A stretch of 64,000 nucleotides of DNA from Eledone cirrhosa (Eukaryota): assembly GCA_964016885.1 (NCBI GenBank), contig OZ024741.1:263748001-263812000 (forward strand), in the 5' to 3' direction. The first letter of the stretch is position 1. Every line of letters starts with the position of its first letter. The notes beneath the pieces were generated by a model that saw only the letters and a list, made by a program, of their open reading frames with translations, ran no database searches and was not told the DNA's origin. Made by a program: the position numbers and the translations under genes. Positions 29,500 to 41,754 of the stretch are shown here, piece after piece.

Positions 29500-30790
29500 A
29501 CACAACACACTTCACAGGCACCGAGTGACATAGCTATATGATGTGTAACGGTAGTGGTACTGTGTTACACACACAACACAACACACTGAGTGACATAGCT
29601 ACGTGATGTGTAATGGTGGTGGTACTGTGTTACATACACACAACACACAGCACAGGCACTGAGTGACATAGCTATATGATGTGTAACGGTAGTGGTACTG
29701 TGTTACACACACAACACAACACACTCGCACTGAGTGACATAGCTACGTGATGTGTAATGGTGGTGGTACTGTGTTACACACACAACACAACACAACACAA
29801 CACAACACACTGGCACTGAGTGACATAGCTATATGATGTGTAACGGTAGTGGTGCTGTGTTACACACACAACACAACACACTGGCACTGAGTGGCATAGC
29901 TACGTGATGTGTAATGGTAGTGGTACTGTGTTACACACACAACACAACACACTTTACAGGCACTGAGTGACATAGCTACATGTGTAACGGTAGTGGTACT
30001 GTGTTACACACACAACACAACACACTCGCACTGAGTGACATAGCTACGTGATGTGTAATGGTGGTGGTACTGTGTTACACACACAACACAACACAACACA
30101 CTGGCACTGAGTGACATAGCTATATGATGTGTAACGGTAGTGGTACTGTGTTACACACACAACACAACACACTGGCACTGAGTGGCATAGCTACGTGATG
30201 TGTAATGGTGGTGGTACTGTGTTACACACACAACACAACACACTTTACAGGCACTGAGTGACATAGCTACATGTGTAACGGTAGTGGTACTGTGTTACAC
30301 GCACAACACAACACACTCGCACTGAGTGACATAGCTACGTGATGTGTAATGGTGGTGGTACTGTGTTACACACACAACACAACACACTGGCACTGAGTGA
30401 CATAGCTATATGATGTGTAACGGTAGTGGTACTGTGTTACACACACAACACAACACACTGGCACTGAGTGGCATAGCTACGTGATGTGTAATGGTGGTGG
30501 TACTGTGATACACACACAACACAACACACTTCACAGGCACTGAGTGACATAGCTACATGATGTGTAACGGTGGTTGTACTGTGTTACACAACACAACACC
30601 CTTCACTGGCACTGAGTGACATAGCCACGTGATGTGTAATGATTGTGGTACTGTTACACATACAACACAACACACTTCACAGGCACTGAGTGACATAGCT
30701 ACGTGATGTGTAACAGTGGTGGTACTGTGTTACACACAACACACAGCACAGGCACTGGGTGACATAGCTATGTGATGTGTAATGGTTGTG
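29500..30790. repeat. ~70-75 bp minisatellite with higher-order structure
   Basis: Unit gcactgagtgacatagcta...gatgtgtaa.ggt.gtggtactgtgttacacacacaacacaacacact, ~18 copies. Confidence 0.92.
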
Positions 30791-31004
30791 TTGATGGTAG
30801 TAAATATCTGTAGTGGTTGTGTAATTATGGTGGTGCTGTGTTATTACACACACACACAGCTCTGTCACAGGGAGACATAGCTAGGTGTTGTTTGATGGTA
30901 GTGATGATTGTGTAATGGTGGTGGTAGTCATCATAATGTGCAGTGGCTGTGCTAATGTTGTTGCAGCCATGTTCCAACAAGTCTGTTAATCATCAAAACC
31001 AATT

Positions 31005-31620
31005 CCAGCTGTGACCCCCCCCCCACCTAGTGTAGCCTCCGGGTTACATTATCAGAATGGCTGCGACCCCCCCCCCCCCCAATCAAACCTAGTGTACCCT
31101 CGGACAACATTATCTAAATTATCAGAATGGCTGCGACTCCCCCCCTTCCACACCCCACCAAACACAGTGTACCCTCGGACAACATTATCTACATTATCAG
31201 AATGGCTGCGACCCCCCCCCCCCTCTCCCGCACCCCACAAAACAGTGTACCCTCGGACAACATTATCATTATCAGAATGGCTGCGACCATCCCCCCCTCC
31301 CGCACCCCACGAAACAGTGTACCCTCGGACAACATTATCATTATCAGAATGGCTGCGACCATCCCCCCCTCCCACCTGCACTCCACCAAATAGTGTACCC
31401 TCGGACAACTTATCTACATTGTCAGAATGGCTACGACCCCCCACCCCACCAAACATAGTGTACCCTCGGAGATTATCTACATTATCAGAATGGCCGCCCT
31501 CCTCCTCCCCCCACATAATGTACCGCCCCCTCAGCTTGGACTACATTGTCGGAGTGGCTGTGCCACCCCTCCCTCCCCCCAAAATAACATAGTGTTTCCT
31601 CTCAGACTATATTATTGGAA
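31005..31620. repeat. ~65-75 bp minisatellite with variable C-runs
   Basis: Unit agtgtaccctcggacaacattatc...attatcagaatggctgcgac(C)n, ~8 copies. Confidence 0.88.
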
Positions 31621-32482
31621 TGTGCCCTTTATTTTGTTTATGATGTTAGTGTGGAATTTGAAGGATATTTATCTGTTCTGTTTTGCAGTTTGTGTGACCA
31701 TAAAGAGGTTCCCTTGTTCAAGGGTGGTGGTGGTGGGTTGACATGCAGTGGTAATAGTTGTGTGTAATGGTGGTAATATCGAATAATTATAGTGGTTGTT
31801 ATTGTTTTAGCCCAAGGTCAATCCCGATCAAGTAGACCTACTATGATCAAAGGCATTCCTGTCGTGACTGTACCAATTCTTTTTATTTGTATATATCAGG
31901 GGTTACTTTTAATCCCATCCTACCATCTTAATGGTGGTGGTGTGATGGTAACTATGGTGGTGCTGCTGAAATAGTAGTAGTCGCAGTAGCTGTTGTTGTT
32001 TAGCCCCAGGTCATTCCTAATCGAGCAGATCGATGATCAAACCCATTCCTTTCTCATCATCACCATTGTGTTTTTCATTGTTTTTTTTTACGACACTGGG
32101 ATGAGGTTTGAAGAATATTTTGGCTGCTAGTTCTAGCATATTAATCAACTGTGCTAGTCGTTGTGTTGAGGGAGTGTGGGAAGTAGCGATAATGGTGACT
32201 ATAGTATGGTGGATAGTCGTGGGTGGCGGTGTGTGGGAACACTCAACAGATCTAAATAGCAGCAGCAGCTGCAATAGTAAGTCTGCTTGGTTAGTTTAAG
32301 TGCAAATGTGTGTGGTTTTGCATTTTATACAGCACCTTTCAGCTAGTTATGTGTTGGTTATCATCATTACCATCACCACTACCATCATCATCTTCACTAT
32401 CACCATCACCATCACTGTTATCACCACCACTGTCACCACACCATGGTTGTTGAGTGAAATGGTAGATCACTCAACTGTACAT

Positions 32483-32525
<43 letters not shown>

Positions 32526-32944
32526 GGAACTAGCTGTTGAAACAAGAGCGCAGCCATCGGGGCCCCAATTCTTTATAATGTAACTATACTCTACTACCCT
32601 AAGTATTGAGTACTCTGTTGAGTAATGGTCTAACCACTTTCAAACTGAATCCATCCTGATTTGTGTGTGTGCGTATTCAGGGTTTCAGTCATTAGTATGT
32701 GACCATGCTGGAGCATTACCTTCAAGTGATATAGTCGATATATATCGACAGCAGTATGTTTTTTTCTCTCTCAAATTTATTACTTATTTCATTGATTTCT
32801 GTTTGTTAAATCCTTTAACAAGCAATACCTCCACACAGGCATAAACATACACTGGATTTCTGGTCTTTTAAAATGAAAGCAACTCCATAAGATAAATCAT
32901 TGAAAATACTTTGCTAAAGTTACCCTGAAGAAAACCGTTTTTTT

Positions 32945-33290
32945 ATGGGCTTCCACACAGTTTTTGTTTAAGAAATTTCACTGTCAAGACATTGTTTAAC
33001 CCTTTAATGTTCAAACCGGCCAAAACCGGCCAGAATTCTCTACCTTTTAAAGGTATTGTTCTCAAAATAAATACTTTCAAAATCTCATAGATTCGATATT
33101 AGGTGAGATATTTATGTGAGGTAAAGCCTTTACCATGAAAATATAATAGTATATATAGAGTAATGTGAATGCTAAAGGGTTAACTGGAGTTTATAGAAGA
33201 AGACATTTGCTCAAGGTGCCACCATCCAGTAGGATTTGAACCCTTAAACCACGTGGTTGCAAAGGGAACTCCTTAACTACACAGCTATTT
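32945..33290 (-). mobile_element. tRNA-derived SINE interrupted by a piggyBac MITE
   Basis: Tail at 32945-32995. Body and head resume after the MITE (gaagacatttgctcaaggtgcc...gatttgaaccc...ccttaactacacagc). Confidence 0.65.
33000..33179. mobile_element. piggyBac-type non-autonomous element (MITE)
   Basis: TTAA|ccctttaatgttca ... tgaatgctaaaggg|TTAA, i.e. CCCTTTA termini with a TTAA target duplication. Confidence 0.85.
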
Positions 33291-33328
33291 CTTACATTAT
33301 TGAATTTTATCATTCAACATTTGTGTTG

Positions 33329-33532
33329 TGATTTTACAGGCAAAACCAAGTGGCAGGAGACCCAGGGGTAGACCCAGAGCAAGATGGTTGGATAACGTCC
33401 ATGAGCTTGGCTGGTCTCGCTTGGGGATCCAGCCGGATCAGTTGGAAATGGTTGCTTCTGATAGGATCTGCTGGAAGGAGTATTTGAGAACTCTTCCCTC
33501 ACGACCCTCTCTGGAATAAGTGGGTGAAGAAG
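33329..33532 (+). mobile_element. 5'-truncated RTE LINE (Expander/Rex3-like) C-terminus
   Basis: Translation GRRPRGRPRARWLDNVHELGWSRLGIQPDQLEMVASDRICWKEYLRTLPSRP, a gaagaagaa tail, and a 13-bp TSD aacatttgtgttg at 33316-33328 and 33533-33545. Confidence 0.85.
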
Positions 33533-33751
33533 AACATTTGTGTTGACAAATTTCAAACTTTGTTAAAGTTGATGTTTGCCTTTCATCTAGATTTAACCTT
33601 TGACACACTAAACCACCGAAACTGCTCTTGGTTCTACAATACAAAACCTTCAATTATAATTTTATCTAAGAACTTTTGATACCCTTGTTGATATCTATGA
33701 TACACAAATATTTGTACAAAACGAAATTCTTTGCTTATAAGCACTGAGAAT

Positions 33752-33998
33752 ATGTTTCTGAATTTGTTTAGCAAGATTCTTTATCTGAAAACGTGTGTTG
33801 AAACCGATATTGTTATACTTTGGGAGGGTCATGTTGCCAATAAGAAACACACGCACCAGTTGCTTTCACTTCAATTTATTATAATAAATTTATAAATTTA
33901 GGAATTTATAAATTTCCGGTTGGTTGGTTGGTTCCATAATCAGATGGTTGTTTATATATTGTCAAAGTTCTTTCGTCACACATTCTGTGACCTCTTCA
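33752..33998 (-). mobile_element. dispersed repeat (Penelope-like terminal segment), copy 1
   Basis: Closely similar to 46268-46525. It carries the same hammerhead-like stem but similarity breaks at the CUGA core. Confidence 0.65.
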
Positions 33999-34072
33999 TT
34001 CTCAGTGCTTAAAAGCAAAGCATTTCGTTTCTATACTTTTCATTTATATATATATATGTATATATATATACC

Positions 34073-34340
34073 GGGTGATGTGTTGTTTCCTTGAGCAAGA
34101 CACTTTATTTCACATTGCTCCAGTTTACTCAGTTGTAGAAATGAGATGATAAGGACTGGGGTCCCTATCATTCCACTGCAAAGTGGTGGTGCCACGGCAA
34201 AAAAGCACCCACCACTCACTGTAAATGAGGTTGGTGTTAGGAAGGGCATCCAGCTGTAGAAATCAAGCCAGAATCAGTTCCTGTCCCACCCTTGCAAGCT
34301 GGGAAAAGTGGATGTAAAATGATGAAAAATGATGATATAC
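34073..34340 (+). mobile_element. SINE with RTE-derived 3' tail
   Basis: Core ccttgagcaagacacttt...cagtttactcagttgtagaaatgag, then cactgtaaatgaggttggtgttaggaagggcatccagctgtagaaa, which matches the RTE 3' UTR at ~49832-49880. Confidence 0.75.
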
Positions 34341-35196
34341 ATATAATAAATAAAAATAACTGGGATTAAAATTACATTGCTTCTAGAGTTGATAAAATAA
34401 TGTACCAGTCATGTAAAATGGGGTTAATATAATTGACTTTCACTTTCCTTAAATTGTTGCCCCTATGCCTAAATTAGAAATGATCATCAACATTATTATG
34501 ATTATAATAATTATTATTATTTGGAGGGGAGTGATAATAGGGGGTTAATAGATCTCACACTTTAGCTGCAGGAATGTAAAAAAAAAAGAGAAATATTGCT
34601 TTACTTGTTTGTGGGCTGGGGTTTATAGTATTGGTAGAGGTGATGGAGGTTGTGGTGGTGATGGTGGTGGAGATGGTACAGGTGGTAGTAGTGATCGTGG
34701 TTGTGATGGTATATGTTGATGTATGGTGGTATGTGTTTGTTATTATGACTTGCAGTGATATATGGTTTGCAATGCCTTGTTGTTATATAGCTTCCAGTGT
34801 TTCTTGTTAATATTGTTGTTACAGTTAGTATATTCAGATAGACATTGTTAGCAGTGACATTATTAGCGTGATAATATCTTAAGACATAAAGAAGAGATAA
34901 GTAGATTAGAGAATCCCTGGCCTCCAGTGCATGGCCAAAATAAACAATAAACAACAACAAAATCCTTTCTCAAGGTTTTCTTTTCTTTTTATAATGAGCT
35001 GTGAAGAGGATGGGATAGGAGGACAGCGGAGGTCTTTCTTGTTTGAAAAATTATCTTTCTCAATCTCTTGTCTGCTTACCTGTCTTGTCTGATTAACTCA
35101 ACTCTCTCTCTCCTCTTATTCTCTCTCTCTCTTGTTCTCTCTTTCTTTCTTGTTCTCTCTTTCTTCTACTCTTACATATCTCTCTCTCTCTCCCTT

Positions 35197-35228
<32 letters not shown>

Positions 35229-35246
35229 CCTTTCTCTCTCTCCCTT

Positions 35247-35302
<56 letters not shown>

Positions 35303-35447
35303 CCTCTCTCTCTTTCTCTCTCCTACTCTCTCTCTCTCTCCTACTCTCTCTCTCCTCGTATTCTCTCTCTCTATCTCTCTTTTTCTTACTCTTATTCTCT
35401 CTCCCCCCTCTCTTTTACTCTTACTCCCTTACTCCATCTCCCTCTCT

Positions 35448-35569
35448 TAATTAGTAAAATCCCAATGAAAGGCCCTCTGTTTCTGCTGGCCTGTAAGCTA
35501 ACTAACTGGCTTTGAACAGTTCAAAAGCCAGTTAGCTTACAGACCAGCTTATTGGGATTTTACTAATTA
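35448..35569. mobile_element. hairpin element (MITE-like), ~120 bp
   Basis: taattagtaaaatcccaat...gctggcctgtaagctaact...ggctttgaac-a-gttcaaaagccagttagcttacagaccagc..attgggattttactaatta. Confidence 0.6.
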
Positions 35570-35689
35570 CTATACACTGATCTGAGGTCTTCCCAGTCTC
35601 CATATTGTGAACCACACACACTCAATTCTATTAAGTTACATTTTAAACACTAATGTAAAAATGAGAATGATATTACTAGAGTGTTATAA

Positions 35690-35980
35690 ATTGTTGATGA
35701 TTATTTTCAAAATAGCCACTGTCTTTCATTAGAAACATGGTAACGAAAGAATTAATAACGATAAAATTAATTGCATTAACCAAATCACTCGAAACTGTTT
35801 ATTTTCAAAATTATCTAAAGACCATAGGCATTACCTTTTATTAGAAATATGGTAACGAAAGAGTTAATAATGAGAAAGTTAATTATATTGCTAAATCGCT
35901 CCAAATTGTTGATTAGTTTCAAAATTATCCGAAGACCATAAAGTGTCTTTAATTAAAATATGGTAATGGAAGGGTTAATG
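35690..35980. repeat. diverged ~110-bp tandem triplication ending in a piggyBac-like end
   Basis: Repeated ttttcaaaattatc...attagaaatatggtaacgaaagagttaa; the last unit ends aagggttaa. Confidence 0.55.
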
Positions 35981-36286
35981 TGCCACTGATTCTCTCTCTC
36001 TCTCAACAAACAAAATATATAAAATACATAGTTTGTATACAACTGTGCTTCTCCAGCAGAGTTTGAAATTCTTGTGATGCAAATGACATCAGTTGTAGTG
36101 TTTGGTCTCTTTCTCTCTCAGCTGCACACACTGCATGTCTTGGCTAGCTGATGCAGTATTTTATGCAACGTTGAATGCATTTGATTGGAATTTTCTGTAC
36201 CACTACCACCTACTTATTTCATTTTTTTTTTCATTTCTTCTGTTTTTTTTTCTTCTTCCTTTTCTTCTTTTTCTTCTTTTCTTTTC

Positions 36287-36481
<195 letters not shown>

Positions 36482-36623
36482 TGATTGCAATGTGACCTTT
36501 ATTGAGACTTCCATTAACCTTTGCTTTTGAAGTAGTAGTAATAGTAGCAGCAGTTATGTAGCAGTGGTGGTGGTTACTTAGCCTCAGGTCAATTTTAATA
36601 AAGTAGACTTGGGATCAATCACA

Positions 36624-36765
36624 GCTCTGGGCTTCCTGGAGAAGGAAATGGAAAAATCTATCAACCAAATATCCCAAGCAACATTAATATCTATACTGTC
36701 CAGAAGCTCACACTACTGGAAACAGCTCACCTACAATTGACTGAGAGCACTCTCAATCAAATAAC
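36624..36765 (+). pseudogene. R4/Dong-clade non-LTR retrotransposon, extreme C-terminal remnant
   Basis: With one frameshift it reads ALGFLEKEMEKSINQI..NINIYTVQKLTLLETAHL, matching the post-endonuclease ALG...LQK..LLGTA.IL motif. Confidence 0.55.
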
Positions 36766-37149
36766 ATCTTTTTCTAGATCATCTCAGGTCTGTAGTTTGG
36801 GATTGAACTAAACACTTTGTAAATCTTGAAGCACAAAAGAAATTGTAATATTAGTAATGATGACTTCTAATTTAGGCAGTTCTGGGGAAAGGAAAAAGTT
36901 GATTTTATTAACTCCAGAAGGATGAAAAGCAAACTTAACCTATGCTGCAAAGCATGTTGTTCAATGTTCTACCGATTCTACCAATCCACCAATGATAAAT
37001 TGAGAAGCTAGGAATTACCACCAGGACAAGGTTGTTGGAGAAGGAATGACTGAAATGACTTTCAGCCATGGCTATAGCTCGCTCTTTTGGTATAGTGTCA
37101 GTATAACATCTGCCAGAGCAAAAACATTACAAATGATAATAATAATCAG

Positions 37150-37680
37150 GGTAATAATAGCAAGTGTATGCAAAATGCTGTCACAAAAGGATTATAAAAG
37201 TAGACTTGACAAGGTCTGTACATACCTTCCCAGCTTAATGTGCCAAATATATGAATATCAAGTGGTGCCAGCATGACCCAAATGTGCTCTTGATACTTTG
37301 GGACTTCACTATCCAAATGGATCATAGGCTTGAACAGAACAGACCAGGGCAGAAATAAGCACAAATGCCAGATTATTGATGTTACCATTCCAGGAAACCA
37401 CAACATAGATTTGAATGAAACTGGTGGTGTTTTGAGGTGGGGGTGAAATGAAATATAGTGACTTGAGTTGAAAATTGAAATTGTCCAAATGTGATCAATA
37501 CCAGCTGACAATAATCAAGATAATTCCTGTTGTCATAGAGAGCTTTGAGCTCGATACCATTAAAACTGAGAGGGTATCTTGGGCAAAATACACCCCAAAT
37601 CACAAAGTCGGTCTCCTACAAAAGACTGCTTGTTGAACACTGCACATATACTCAAGGAAGTACTGTCTAGGGTCCTTGTG
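37150..37680 (+). pseudogene. degenerate R4/Dong-clade retrotransposon (zinc-knuckle end and restriction-like endonuclease)
   Basis: ASVCKMLSQKDYKSRLDKVCTYL ... ILWDFTIQMDHRLEQNRPG ... CQIIDVTIPG ... IPVVI.AL ... LQKTA..NTAHILKEVL, with stops and frameshifts. The 5' junction lies in (AAT)n. Confidence 0.8.
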
Positions 37681-39320
37681 GGACACTGCACATATACTCA
37701 AGGAAGTACTGTCTAGGGTCCTTGTGGGACACTGCACATATACTCAGGGAAGTACTGTCTAGGGTCCTTGTGGGACACTGCACATATACTCAGGGAAGTA
37801 CTGTCTAGGGTCCTTGTGGGACACTGCACATATACTCAAGTCCTTGTGGGACACTGCACATATACTCAGGGAAGTACTGTCTAGGGTCCTTGTGGGACAC
37901 TGCACATATACTCAAGGAAGTACTGTCTAGGGTCCTTGTGGGACACTGCACATATACTCAGGGAAGTACTGTCTAGGGTCCTTGTGGGACACTGCACATA
38001 TACTCAGGGAAGTACTGTCTAGGGTCCTTGTGGGACACTGCACATATACTCAAGGAAGTACTGTCTAGGGTCCTTGTGGGACACTGCACATATACTCAGG
38101 GAAGTACTGTCTAGGGTCCTTGTGGGACACTGCACATATACTCAAGGAAGTACTGTCTAGGGTCCTTGTGGGACACTGCACATATACTCAGGGAAGTACT
38201 GTCTAGGGTCCTTGTGGGACACTGCACATATACTCAGGGAAGTACTGTCTAGGGTCCTTGTGGGACACTGCACACATACTCAGGGAAGTACTGTCTAGGG
38301 TCCTTGTGGGACACTGCACACATACTCAGGGAAGTACTGTCTAGGGTCCTTGTGGGACACTGCACAGGTACTCAGGGAAGTAATGTCTAGGGTCCTTGTG
38401 GGACACTGCACATATACTCAAGAAACTACTGTCTAGGGTCCTTGTGGGACACTGCACACATACTCAGGGAAGTACTGTCTAGGGTCCTTGTGGGACACTG
38501 CACATATACTCAGGGAAGTACTGTCTAGGGTCCTTGTGGGACACTGCACATATACTCAGGGAAGTACTGTCTAGGGTCCTTGTGGGACACTGCACATATA
38601 CTCAGGAAACTACTGTCTAGGGTCCTTGAGGGACACTGCACAGATACTCAGGGAAGTAATGTCTAGGGTCCTTGTGGGACACTGCACATATACTCAGGGA
38701 AGTACTGTCTAGGGTCCTTGTGGGACACTGCACAGATACTCAAGAAACTACTGTCTAGGGCCCTTGTGGGACACTGTACATATACTCAGGGAAGTACTGT
38801 CTAGGGTCCTTGTGGGACACTGCACACATACTCAGGGAAGTATTGTCTAGGGTCCTTGTAGGACACTGCACAGATACTCAGGGAAGTACTGTCTAGGGTC
38901 CTTGTGGGACACTGCACATATACTCAAGAAAGAAACTACTGTCTAGGGTCCTTGTGGGACACTGCACATATACTCAGAGTAGTACTGTCTAGGGTCCTTG
39001 TGGGACACTGCACATATACTCAGGATAGTACTGTCTAGGGTCCTTGTGGGACACTGCACATATACTCAGAGTAGTACTGTCTAGGGTCCTTGTGGGACAC
39101 TGCACATATACTCAGGGAAGTACTGTCTAGGGTCCTTGTGGGACACTGCACAGGTACTCAGGGAAGTACCGTCTAGGGTCCTTGTGGGACACTGCACATA
39201 TACTCAGGGAAGTACTGTCTAGGGTCCTTGTGGGACACTGCACATATACTCAAGAAACTACTGTCTAGGGTCCTTGTGGGACACTGCACATATACTCAGG
39301 GAAGTACTGTCTAGGCTCCT
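37635..39320. repeat. 46-bp minisatellite (~36 copies)
   Basis: Unit ggacactgcacatatactca(g/a)ggaagtactgtctagggtccttgtg. Confidence 0.97.
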
Positions 39321-39374
39321 TGTTGAGAGTTAACAGAAGATCCAGTAATTATTATATTTACTGTGTAAACAAAC

Positions 39375-39632
39375 CATTAGTAATAATAATTGTTTCTACG
39401 TTAGGCACAAGGCCAGCAATTACTCAGTGCATTACTGGTACTTTATTTTATCAACCATTAGTAATAATAATTGTTTCTACGTTAGGCACAAGGTCAGCAA
39501 TTATCCCAGTGCATTACTGGTATTTTATTTTATCGACCCCGTAAGGATGAAAGGCAAAGTCAACTCGGCGGGATTTGAACTCAGATCGTAAAGGGACGTA
39601 ACTATCTACCGATACTGCCAATCCACCGCCCT
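39375..39632 (-). mobile_element. family A SINE with a tandemly duplicated 3' part
   Basis: accattagtaataataattgtttctacgttaggcacaagg... occurs twice ~81 bp apart, followed by the core and head. Confidence 0.8.
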
Positions 39633-40070
39633 AGTAATAATAATAATGGTGAATGTATGATGTAAAATTGCACACGATTGCAACCAAACCCCTCCCCTGT
39701 GCTTATGTTTACTTAGTTAAAATTATTAGGTGATATCTTGTTTTTTTTTAAAATTCATTTTCTATGCATTTAAATTTTTTATTATCAGTGATCAACCCAA
39801 ACAAAAAACAAACTGAAATATCTTTTTCACTTGCACCCCCCCCCCCCCCCTGCCCCTTTTCTCTCTAATCTCTCCCTCTCTCTTTATCTCGTTCTGTCTC
39901 CCACTCTCTCTTTCTAAACTTTTGTGTATGTGCTTGTTAGTTTTTTTTTTTAAGCTAGCCTGAGTCAGTCCTTTTGACTCTCGCTCTCTCCCCCTCTCTC
40001 TCCCCCTATCTTCCTATCTCTCCCTCCCTCTCTCTCCCTATCTCTCCCCCTCTCTCTCCCTCTCTCTCAT

Positions 40071-40804
<734 letters not shown>

Positions 40805-40971
40805 CTAGTATGCCCTGCAACCATTCTTCTTCAACCATGTGGTGCAGATGTAATCATATGTGATCGAGTTGTTTTGTATGTATGGTGTAGCTGTTTAGCA
40901 CCAGGGCAGCTCTGATTGAGTTGACAAATGATGAAAGCATTCCAAACATGACAACCACGCATTATTTTCAC

Positions 40972-41356
40972 TTCGGTAGAGAGTCGGACGCCATGCTTTG
41001 ATGTATAGTTACGGCCGTTGCCATTCTGAGTTCAAATCCCGCCGAGGTTAACTTTGCCTTTCATCCTTATGGGGTCGATAAAATAAAGTACCTGCAATGC
41101 ACTGGGTAATTGCTGGCCTTGTGCCAAAAAGTAGAAACAATTATTTTCACTTAAGGCGGTAGATTGACAGTATCGGTAGAGGGTCGGACGCCATGCTTTG
41201 CATCATAGAGTTACGTCCCTTTACGCCTTTACGGTTTGAGTTCAAATCACGCCGAGGTTAACTTTGCCTTTTATCCTTACGTGGTCGATAAAATAAAGTA
41301 CCAGTAATGTACTGGGATAATTGCTAGCCTTGTGCCCAAAATAGAAATAATTATTT
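40972..41356 (+). mobile_element. two tandem family A SINEs
   Basis: Units at ~40972-41148 and ~41154-41356. Confidence 0.88.
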
Positions 41357-41754
41357 TCAGCCAATGTGTCATAACTCTGACAACAGTATCGTATCTGGCC
41401 CTTCGTTTTTAAAAGATTTTATGATGTAGTTTGAAAGGGAATTTCGCTGTTGTTTTTAGCAGGCCAAATTACTACAAAGATGTTTGTGTTAGGAGTTAGA
41501 ATAATGATATGCAGGCATCTGCACCTGGATATTGCTTGTGCGCACGTGTGTGCAATGTTTATTGCATGCAATGCATGTGGAATGACGTGTGCATTTGTAC
41601 AATATAGATGTAGATGTAGTGTGTGTTGTTTGTATATTGCTGTGCATATGTTTGGTGCTTGTGTGTATTTGTGCAGCAGCACATGTACATACATGCTCGC
41701 TTTATCAATGAAATGACTGAATAAGCTGCAAAGACATCCTTGGTATCTAGTTTG

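Noticed and set aside
37635-39320. CRISPR-like appearance of the regular arrays (also 31005-31620 and 53996-55565)
   Set aside because: No unique spacers, no cas genes, eukaryotic context.
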